From: a virus
Direction: 5' to 3' (one strand)
Length of the DNA stretch: 6,664 nucleotides
IMG/VR virus record: IMGVR_UViG_3300029333_000064
The notes under the pieces were generated by a model. That model did not search any database. It had not been told where the DNA came from and saw only the letters and a list, made by a program, of their open reading frames with translations. Shown in pieces: positions 1-4,738 of the stretch. How positions within the stretch are numbered: the stretch's first letter is position 1; every line of letters begins with the position of its first letter. The translations under genes and the position numbers were made by a program.

Positions 1-123
1 ACCTGTTTGCAAATCATCAGGTATATTGAATTGAGACTTACGTTCAGAAGTACTACCATCGGCGAGAACATCCATCCAAGGAGGAGTAACGGTTTCGTCA
101 CCACCAAAGAAAGACATCCAGTC
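1..123. repeat. Terminal redundancy, copy 1 (assembly overlap of a circular genome)
   Basis: 1..123 (acctgtttgcaaatcatcagg...aagacatccagtc) is repeated base for base at 6542..6664, implying a 6541-nt circular unit. Confidence 0.95.
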
Positions 124-381
124 TTCCCAAAGAGTACGAGTACGAACATAAACAAAATGTAAACGCACATAAAGTTGAGTCTGTATAGGGAATACAGTCG
201 GAAGCAACTGCAAATTGAAACGGGCGTTTATCTGAAACGAATCACCAAACGAGACAGGAAGCAAACACACAGGAGTAATTGCTCCAAATTTCATCGTCAA
301 ATTGTTCACAAACGAAAGATCGAAAGTAGAACGATTGACACGATCGATATAAGTATCTTTTTTACGAAATATATTTGCCAT
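1..381 (-). CDS. VP1: Major capsid protein VP1 (F-protein family), N-terminal codons 1-127. Continues across the circular junction into 6541..4739.
   Basis: Hand translation from the ATG at 381..379 gives MANIFRKKDTYIDRVNRSTFDLSFVNNLTMKFGAITPVCLLPVSFGDSFQINARFNLQLLPTVFPIQTQLYVRLHFVYVRTRTLWEDW, followed by MSFFGGDE... This is 88 codons in frame with the track ORF, whose M at 6658 equals position 117. The R-S-x-F-D-L-S ... G-x-(I/L)-x-P ... (L/F)-P-G-D-(S/T)-F pattern is the hallmark N-terminus of Microviridae capsid proteins. The fragment is absent from the ORF track because it runs off the window edge. Confidence 0.93.
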   Translation of the reverse strand, partial: MANIFRKKDTYIDRVNRSTFDLSFVNNLTMKFGAITPVCLLPVSFGDSFQINARFNLQLLPTVFPIQTQLYVRLHFVYVRTRTLWEDWMSFFGGDETVTPPWMDVLADGSTSERKSQFNIPDDLQTG

Positions 382-383
382 AA

Positions 384-584
384 TTATAAATTAACATTAA
401 TATCAGGAGTTTTTAAACTATCTACACGCATAGTAGTAGACTGTTGCGTGCCTTGAGAAGAATTCTGGTTCTTCCAGAATAAGGACATAGATGCGGTGCA
501 ACTATCCAAAAGAATAGCCGCGGCTACTCCTAGAATAAAAGTAGTCGCGAGCTCTATAATTTTATAAATCTGTTGTTTAGTCAT
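384..584 (-). CDS. Small membrane or lipoprotein-like protein, 66 aa from the ATG at 584 (the track start at 596 is a TTG)
   Basis: Sequence is MTKQQIYKIIELATTFILGVAAAILLDSCTASMS... It has a basic N-region, a hydrophobic stretch of about 15 residues, then L-D-S-C (Cys29), followed by a polar S/T/Q/N-rich tail. Its ATG overlaps the stop of the upstream ORF (ATGACTAA), and its TAA lies 2 nt before the VP1 ATG (TAATTATG). Confidence 0.55.
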   Translation of the reverse strand: MTKQQIYKIIELATTFILGVAAAILLDSCTASMSLFWKNQNSSQGTQQSTTMRVDSLKTPDINVNL

Positions 585-801
585 CTTCCGGCTCAATTAG
601 ATATTGTTCATACATACCATCAGGAAGCTGACGGTCAGTAACAATCAACTGCATAGCAGCAGAAAGAGGAATGTGTTCACGGACTACAACAACAGTCGGC
701 ATTTCTTCCTGAGTAGACAGAAATTTACGAGTTGTAAAAGTAACACGAGGTTCGTTGTCTTGCGCTGTAACTGAACAGCAATCTACATTTAATTTTACCA
801 T
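577..801 (-). CDS. Hypothetical protein, 74 aa, acidic C-terminus
   Basis: ATG start at 801 and TAA stop at 577..579. Same strand as, and tightly packed with, its neighbours: 13 nt after the upstream ORF stop and an 8-nt overlap with the next ORF. I recognise no motif. Confidence 0.5.
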   Translation of the reverse strand: MVKLNVDCCSVTAQDNEPRVTFTTRKFLSTQEEMPTVVVVREHIPLSAAMQLIVTDRQLPDGMYEQYLIEPEDD

Positions 802-814
802 AATGTAAAAAATT

Positions 815-994
815 TTAAGTGAAACAAAAATTATTAGATAGGACTATCAGGTAATCATCCTGCATGAGTCCAGGTAATTCAAAATTTACAAATAAAATAT
901 ACTCGTCAAGAGTTTCAAAGGTACGATAAGAAATTTTATCCTTTTCATAATTCAACATCACCTTTGGATATATCTTAGCATAAATGTATGGCAT
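815..994 (-). CDS. Hypothetical protein, 59 aa (not in the supplied ORF track)
   Basis: Hand translation from the ATG at 994..992 gives MPYIYAKIYPKVMLNYEKDKISYRTFETLDEYILFVNFELPGLMQDDYLIVLSNNFCFT, ending at the TAA at 815..817. The start lies 2 nt after the VP4 stop (TAACTATG), the same stop-2nt-ATG layout seen at two other junctions. Confidence 0.4.
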   Translation of the reverse strand: MPYIYAKIYPKVMLNYEKDKISYRTFETLDEYILFVNFELPGLMQDDYLIVLSNNFCFT

Positions 995-996
995 AG

Positions 997-2394
997 TTAC
1001 AAAGTTTCTTTATAAATAGCAAGAATATTCTCGTTATCTGTTTTATATTTAACATACGTTATATCAATCTCAGGCTGCGTTGACATATATTCACTCATGA
1101 ACTCATGATGTTCACGCTTAGCAGAAGTCATCATTTTGTAATATTCGAGATCAAATTCATACGCTTCAAGCATAGCCAAAAGAGGTTCAAGAATATGCTC
1201 CATAACAATAAGGCTATCCTCCTGATGAATAGCGTAAAAATTCTTCGCGTTGTCGAAAATAAAGCGAGGAAAACGTTCCACACAAGTGTCAAAATTGTAA
1301 AAGGGATACTTTTCCTGAAGACGTTTACGAGTTACATTTACTTCCTTATCAGGCATACGAAGATGAATTTGCCAGAGACAAGCGCGAAGTGACAAAAAAT
1401 AATCGGCAAGTTGAATAGTATCACGTATTTCTTTTCGAATAAGCATAGACGGAGTAGGATAAAGTTTCCGACGAAAATATGCAGGGACATACGAAGTAAA
1501 GCGTTCACCTGTAAATTTATCAACAATTTCAACAGTCAGAACGTCAGGGTTTTGATAAAACCACAAAACATGATCGAGACACCACTTATAGCCAAGACCG
1601 CCGCCACGGCGGGAGGATAAATAAAAGGTTGGTTTACAACCTTTAGGAACATCACTTTCTTTACGCATATATTTCATGCAATATTGAATACCACCTTGAG
1701 TACAAGGTTTACAATAGACAAAACCAAGTTCACCTATATAATCCCAATCAAAGCGATGAGTAAGTTTATTATAAACTCGTTTTCGTTCAGACCAAGCTTG
1801 ATGAACAACCTGATAAACATCCATAGCAGACATATGAATAGGCATATTCCACAAAATAAGATGATAATGAGGCAGTTTCGTATGGCTACCATACTCAGCG
1901 GCGGCAAAATACCGTATTTTCTCATCATAGTTATGGTCTCTAATAAGAATTTGACGCAAACGCTTAAGAAAATCTTGTACATGTTTTTTATCTACACCAT
2001 CCGCGGGACGATGTATGGGGTTATAAGTGAGGGTAATAAAATAAGGGACGGAACGGGAAGATTGCGTTTCTGCGACAGCTCGAAACATCCACTCACGGGC
2101 GTTTCTCTTTCGACAAAGACCACATTTACGACATGGAGTGGCAAGGAACATTGGTACGACGTCATCCTCGCGGTCAACGGCATAAAAACTGTCTTGCCAT
2201 GAAGTAAGGTTTTGAAAATCAATGTTTTTCGGCGAAAACAGGGCATACGGAAAGTTCCAACGCCATGCAGCGAGTTGCATTTCCGGTACAAAAGTTGCAT
2301 TTCCATCATAAACATATTTTCCAGTTTGTAAAAGTGCATCCTTAAAAGCAGGATTTAAAATATATTTTGGTTTTTCACAAAGAATATTTGTCAT
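997..2394 (-). CDS. VP4: Replication initiation protein VP4 (HUH rolling-circle endonuclease, phage gene-A family), 465 aa
   Basis: Three motifs were verified codon by codon. Motif I is FITLTY (2040..2023). The HUH motif is HYHLIL (1869..1852). The catalytic Tyr motif is YCMKYMRK (1683..1660). An upstream PCRKCGLCRKR cysteine cluster is typical of microvirus VP4. ATG at 2394, TAA at 997..999. Confidence 0.95.
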   Translation of the reverse strand: MTNILCEKPKYILNPAFKDALLQTGKYVYDGNATFVPEMQLAAWRWNFPYALFSPKNIDFQNLTSWQDSFYAVDREDDVVPMFLATPCRKCGLCRKRNAREWMFRAVAETQSSRSVPYFITLTYNPIHRPADGVDKKHVQDFLKRLRQILIRDHNYDEKIRYFAAAEYGSHTKLPHYHLILWNMPIHMSAMDVYQVVHQAWSERKRVYNKLTHRFDWDYIGELGFVYCKPCTQGGIQYCMKYMRKESDVPKGCKPTFYLSSRRGGGLGYKWCLDHVLWFYQNPDVLTVEIVDKFTGERFTSYVPAYFRRKLYPTPSMLIRKEIRDTIQLADYFLSLRACLWQIHLRMPDKEVNVTRKRLQEKYPFYNFDTCVERFPRFIFDNAKNFYAIHQEDSLIVMEHILEPLLAMLEAYEFDLEYYKMMTSAKREHHEFMSEYMSTQPEIDITYVKYKTDNENILAIYKETL

Positions 2395-2416
2395 AGTTTT
2401 TAATTTTTAATTTTAA

Positions 2417-2457
2417 TTTGAGCGTTACCCCTAAAGGGGTCGGGCTATCCGCTCAAA
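2417..2457. other. Compound hairpin
   Basis: The outer stem TTTGAGCG (2417..2424) pairs with CGCTCAAA (2450..2457), 8 bp. The inner stem ACCCC (2427..2431) pairs with GGGGT (2436..2440) around a TAAA loop. It lies 23 nt upstream of the VP4 ATG on the gene strand. Confidence 0.8.
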
Positions 2458-2460
2458 CAA

Positions 2461-2475
2461 ATTCGTTTCACGAAT
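2461..2475. other. Hairpin
   Basis: ATTCGT (2461..2466) pairs with ACGAAT (2470..2475), 6 bp, loop TTC. Confidence 0.7.
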
Positions 2476-2500
2476 ACTCGCTCCTATCCCTAACGCGTTT

Positions 2501-2513
2501 CGCTACGCTACGC
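2501..2513. repeat. Tandem CGCTACGCTACGC, the core of a recurrent CGCTA(C) / CTACGC motif
   Basis: CTACGC occurs at 2503, 2508, 2667 and 2718. CGCTAC occurs at 2501, 2557 and 2665. CGCTA also occurs at 2506 and 2706. All copies are on the same strand within about 220 nt. Confidence 0.7.
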
Positions 2514-2528
2514 AATATATACGAAGGC

Positions 2529-2543
2529 GTCATCCAAGATGAC
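2529..2543. other. Hairpin
   Basis: GTCATC (2529..2534) pairs with GATGAC (2538..2543), 6 bp, loop CAA. Confidence 0.7.
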
Positions 2544-2544
2544 A

Positions 2545-2569
2545 GAGCGGTGTTCGCGCTACCGCGCTC
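2545..2569. other. Bulged GC-rich hairpin
   Basis: GCGGT (2547..2551) pairs with ACCGC (2561..2565). GA (2545..2546) pairs with TC (2568..2569) across a 2-nt bulge. The loop is GTTCGCGCT. Confidence 0.6.
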
Positions 2570-2605
2570 ACGATTTCATAATTTTCTTTTATCTCTCAAG
2601 ATGTG

Positions 2606-2613
2606 CAAAGATA
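2606..2613 (-). promoter_or_regulatory. Possible Bacteroides-type -7 box (TATCTTTG) with no good -33 partner
   Basis: The plus-strand caaagata is the same octamer as the -7 box at 3262..3269. No TTTG lies 19-21 nt upstream. If active, it would give VP4 a structured leader of about 200 nt. Confidence 0.25.
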
Positions 2614-2649
2614 AAGTGTAGTTAAAAATATCGTTTATCAACCTGTACC

Positions 2650-2689
2650 AAACTATGCTAAAGTCGCTACGCTTTGTTTAACATAGTTT
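2650..2689. other. Long imperfect hairpin
   Basis: AAACTATG (2650..2657) pairs with CATAGTTT (2682..2689), 8 bp. Inside, AAAG (2660..2663) pairs with CTTT (2672..2675). The apical part carries a CGCTACG motif copy. Confidence 0.75.
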
Positions 2690-2708
2690 ACTACAGAACG
2701 CCAAACGC

Positions 2709-2763
2709 TATTTTTCCCTACGCATTGTTTTATTGCACGTCTCGAAAGAAAAAAGGAAAAATA
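2709..2763. other. Long-range A/T-rich stem enclosing 37 nt
   Basis: TATTTTTCC (2709..2717) pairs with GGAAAAATA (2755..2763), 9 bp perfect. Confidence 0.55.
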
Positions 2764-2814
2764 TGCTTTGATGTTTGCGATAGAATAAGAGACAGAATGG
2801 ATAAGAACGCAAAC

Positions 2815-2831
2815 CGAAATTGGGAATTTCG
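2815..2831. other. Hairpin
   Basis: CGAAATT (2815..2821) pairs with AATTTCG (2825..2831), 7 bp, loop GGG. Confidence 0.7.
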
Positions 2832-2856
2832 TAAGGCTGTAGCCTGATTGGGCGAG

Positions 2857-2873
2857 GGAGCGCAAGGCGCTCC
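2857..2873. other. GC-rich hairpin
   Basis: GGAGCGC (2857..2863) pairs with GCGCTCC (2867..2873), 7 bp, loop AAG. No T or A tract follows on either strand. Confidence 0.75.
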
Positions 2874-2893
2874 ACATTCAGAGCTTTCACACA

Positions 2894-2913
2894 AGCTGAC
2901 CAATGTGTCAGTT
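2894..2913. other. Hairpin or inverted repeat with CTGAC/GTCAG core
   Basis: AGCTGAC (2894..2900) pairs with GTCAGTT (2907..2913), 7 bp including one G-T pair, spacer CAATGT. Confidence 0.65.
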
Positions 2914-2947
2914 GTGCTATATATATCAAGTTAGACGATGCCGGATG

Positions 2948-3214
2948 CTACTCGCCCGGTCCACAAGTTAACTGACAAAAGTCAGTATAAGAGAATACCG
3001 CACGAGACGTGCGATTGCAATACTCTGCATCAATGATACCTACAAACAAATATGTAGATTGATATGTCTGCTGCATATAATCTACAAAAGACACAGCTCT
3101 ATCAGCTATATCCAACTCCAAAGCTTGATAAGTAGTACTACAAGGTATACCCAAAACTTTAATATACTCTTGTTTATTCTTTCTAATGTTTAAATACTGT
3201 AAAAGAATGTCCAT
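2948..3214 (-). CDS. Hypothetical 88-aa protein with an N-terminal helix-turn-helix-like motif (possible DNA-binding regulator)
   Basis: ATG at 3214, TAG stop at 2948..2950. Residues KQEYIKVLGIPCSTTYQALEL fit the common HTH pattern (hydrophobic-x-x-L-G-I-x-x-x-T-x-Y). A good Bacteroides-type promoter precedes it. Against a full-length coding call, the C-terminal third overlaps GC-rich hairpins, and the ORF is the only gene not tightly abutted to its neighbours. Confidence 0.45.
   Translation of the reverse strand: MDILLQYLNIRKNKQEYIKVLGIPCSTTYQALELDIADRAVSFVDYMQQTYQSTYLFVGIIDAEYCNRTSRAVFSYTDFCQLTCGPGE
2971..2986. other. Perfect 6-4-6 palindrome with the same CTGAC/GTCAG core
   Basis: ACTGAC (2971..2976), AAAA spacer, GTCAGT (2981..2986). 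It lies inside the 3' end of the 88-aa ORF. Confidence 0.7.
2999..3013. other. GC-rich hairpin
   Basis: CGCACG (2999..3004) pairs with CGTGCG (3008..3013), 6 bp, loop AGA. It lies inside the 88-aa ORF. Confidence 0.7.
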
Positions 3215-3261
3215 AATTGGAATGTTTTAAAGGTTAATAATTTTGTTTCTTTTCAACACTA

Positions 3262-3293
3262 CAAAGATAGACATTCTCTATAACTTTTCCAAA
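3262..3293 (-). promoter_or_regulatory. Bacteroidetes-type promoter: -33 TTTG (3293..3290), 20-nt spacer, -7 TATCTTTG (3269..3262)
   Basis: The minus strand reads cATTTGgaaaagttatagagaatgtcTATCTTTGtagtg. This matches the published Bacteroides consensus TTTG-N19-21-TAnnTTTG. It sits in the 92-nt gap between the VP2 stop and the 88-aa ORF, about 48 nt upstream of that ATG. Six TAnnTTTG matches exist on this strand, but this is the only one with a correctly spaced -33. Confidence 0.6.
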
Positions 3294-3306
3294 TGTTCTG
3301 TGTTAA

Positions 3307-4425
3307 CTAATCATAATATTCATATTCAACGTATTTACGCGTTCCATCCTCAGACCGAGTTTCCGTACGAGTCTTTGTTTTACCAAAATTAGCTGCACGA
3401 GGATTTGCAAAAGGTACAAACGACGCAACATCACCTAAAATTAAATGAATCTGTTGCATAGCACGCTCAAAATCATCCCAATTCTTATCCTGAAGCAAAT
3501 CAAAACGAAGACGGGCTTCTTCCGCGTTTACTTTAAAACCCAAATCCTGATAGAACGAAGCCAACGCTTCATTCCGATTCTTTTCAGAAGTCATAAGAGG
3601 TAGTTTAACCGCAAGTTCACGAAGAGCAGCCTTAAGCTGTTCTTGAGAAACTTCAAGTTGTCCTTCCATAACCTTAAGCTTACCATGTTCAATAAATGAA
3701 TCCAAAGCAAAACGAACATGACGTTCCCAAATTTTGTCATCAACATCAGCAGCCTGGGAAATCAAAAGGTCAATTTCAGAAGATATCTTCTTAATAGAAG
3801 CATTGATTTGCTCAACCATACTACGAGCCTGTGAAGCCTGTGCATCATTAAGCTTAATCTGACTACTATTAACAAGAATAACACTCTCCATGGTATCAAG
3901 CTGTCCTTGATTAAAAGCATCACGAAACGAAGCATCAGAAGCAAGAATATCATTTGTATGCTTTTGACCTTCTGTTTCAGCAGTAGTCTTAGATACTTGA
4001 GCAGCCAAAGCAGTATCCGCAAGAGCCTGTGAAGCAACGCTTCCAATAGGCCTGTAACGATTCCATGCGGAAGTATCAGCAACAGGGCCAGTAGGAGTAT
4101 GACCGCCTTGTGCCTGAATAGATGAACCTTGTAATGCTCCATTAGTAGCATATAAATCAGGATTAATATTGGCAGCTCTTAAACGAGCCTGTACAGCAGC
4201 AGGAGTATTATACTCATTATTAGCCTGCCAAAGTTTATAATTCCAATCATTTTGAGCTTCACGCTCAGAGGTCTGCCATTTACGGGTCTTCTCAGCTTCT
4301 TCTCGCGCCGCCGCGAGCTGTTTCATAACAGATTGATTTTGAGAATGAGCACCAAATAAATTAGAGATGCCGGAAAGTGCACCACCAATTAGCGCACTTC
4401 CAGCACCTGCAAAAAATGGTGACAT
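3307..4425 (-). CDS. VP2: VP2-type minor capsid or DNA pilot protein, 372 aa
   Basis: The position after VP1, the Gly/Ala-rich hydrophobic N-terminus (MSPFFAGAGSALIGGALSGISNLFGA) and the long Ala/Gln/Glu-rich helical or coiled-coil-like body are typical of microvirus VP2/H-type proteins. The start overlaps the upstream stop (TAATG). The stop is TAG. Confidence 0.8.
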   Translation of the reverse strand: MSPFFAGAGSALIGGALSGISNLFGAHSQNQSVMKQLAAAREEAEKTRKWQTSEREAQNDWNYKLWQANNEYNTPAAVQARLRAANINPDLYATNGALQGSSIQAQGGHTPTGPVADTSAWNRYRPIGSVASQALADTALAAQVSKTTAETEGQKHTNDILASDASFRDAFNQGQLDTMESVILVNSSQIKLNDAQASQARSMVEQINASIKKISSEIDLLISQAADVDDKIWERHVRFALDSFIEHGKLKVMEGQLEVSQEQLKAALRELAVKLPLMTSEKNRNEALASFYQDLGFKVNAEEARLRFDLLQDKNWDDFERAMQQIHLILGDVASFVPFANPRAANFGKTKTRTETRSEDGTRKYVEYEYYD

Positions 4426-4736
4426 TATTGTAATTGCTTACGCTTTTCATTGTAGGCGGCTACAATTTTAGCGCGGGCATCACGTTGAGCATTCCAAATA
4501 TCAGCAATATCCTGGCCTCGACGATATTCAACGGGAACAATCCAAGATTCCTCATCCATAAAGTCATCAGAGGGTAACTGCGAAATATTTTGAGAAGAAA
4601 TAGGTACACCAGCTTTAGCAGCTTCATACATTTGTGCAGGAGTGTAGGCAAGGTCACCACGTACAGGAAGTTCTCCAGGCTTCCGAGTACATGTACATGT
4701 GTGGGTATTCCAAGCATGAATTACAACTTGTTTCAT
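4425..4736 (-). CDS. Hypothetical 103-aa protein between VP1 and VP2, possibly a VP3-like internal scaffolding protein
   Basis: It is coupled at both ends: TAATTATG after VP1 and a TAATG overlap with VP2. The composition is charged and protein-like. The scaffolding guess rests only on size, position next to the capsid genes and loose resemblance to gokushovirus VP3. It is not verified. Confidence 0.6.
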   Translation of the reverse strand: MKQVVIHAWNTHTCTCTRKPGELPVRGDLAYTPAQMYEAAKAGVPISSQNISQLPSDDFMDEESWIVPVEYRRGQDIADIWNAQRDARAKIVAAYNEKRKQLQ

Positions 4737-4738
4737 AA

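Larger units (their letters stand above)
2395..2947. other. Large non-coding, G+C-enriched, hairpin-dense region (the structure continues to about 3013, inside the 3' end of the 88-aa ORF)
   Basis: There is no convincing ORF on the gene strand. By hand count G+C is 33/60 in 2521..2580 and 27/60 in 2461..2520, against 18/60 in 1021..1080 (VP4 coding). At least eleven perfect or near-perfect stem-loops are present and are listed separately. Confidence 0.8.

Noticed and set aside
146-176. A dif-like candidate: ACATAAA ... ACATAAA, which on the minus strand reads TTTATGT-N14-TTTATGT and resembles the XerD-arm core TTATGT.
   Set aside because: The two copies are direct, not inverted. The spacing does not fit an 11-6-11 dif architecture. 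The sequence is inside the conserved VP1 N-terminal coding region. The A/T-rich stretch 376..405 at the orf66/VP1 junction was also compared, and only one arm matches.
2545-2576. A tRNA-like T-arm: CGGTG-TTCGCGC-TACCG followed by CGCTCAC.
   Set aside because: The loop lacks the conserved A58 position (TTCGCGC against TTCRANY). No matching 5' acceptor strand (GTGAGCG) lies about 65 nt upstream. The nearby GTCATC/GATGAC stem has a 3-nt loop, not a 7-nt anticodon loop.
2857-2873. The GGAGCGC-AAG-GCGCTCC hairpin as a Rho-independent terminator.
   Set aside because: No U-tract follows the stem on either strand. It is more likely part of the structured module.
2653-2929. Minus-strand ORFs 2653..2877 (74 aa) and 2708..2929 (73 aa) inside the non-coding region.
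   Set aside because: The two overlap each other in different frames and span several perfect palindromes. One starts at TTG. Neither has the tight coupling seen for all other genes, and their sequences look compositionally random. I cannot fully exclude a small protein without comparative data.
2395-3013. Small self-cleaving ribozymes (hammerhead CUGAUGA...GAAA core, twister-like motifs) in the structured region.
   Set aside because: Neither strand has the hammerhead core in this interval; the nearest strings are CTGATTG and CTGAATG. I could not assemble any known ribozyme consensus by eye. A covariance-model scan is needed for a definitive answer.
2678-3214. The TAG stop of the 88-aa ORF (2948..2950) is in frame with the 73-aa ORF 2708..2929. 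That ORF also ends in TAG, and a TAA follows at 2678. TAG-to-Gln recoding, known in some gut phages, would therefore give a single ORF of about 178 aa.
   Set aside because: VP1, VP4 and VP2 (over 1500 codons) contain no in-frame TAG, which is unlike recoded phages. VP2 itself terminates at TAG. The would-be extension is Phe/Leu/Cys-rich, runs through palindromic hairpins and looks non-protein-like. A Gln suppressor tRNA is not encoded here.
1338-4717. Other same-strand embedded ORFs: 4460..4717 (85 aa, inside orf103), and 1338..1532, 1734..1982 and 1992..2339 (inside VP4).
   Set aside because: All are in the +1 frame of their host gene, as is the VP2-embedded ORF. That indicates a genome-wide codon-usage depletion of +1-frame stops rather than selection for overprinted genes. 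There are no supporting motifs. They are worth including in the synonymous-constraint test proposed for 3762..4151.
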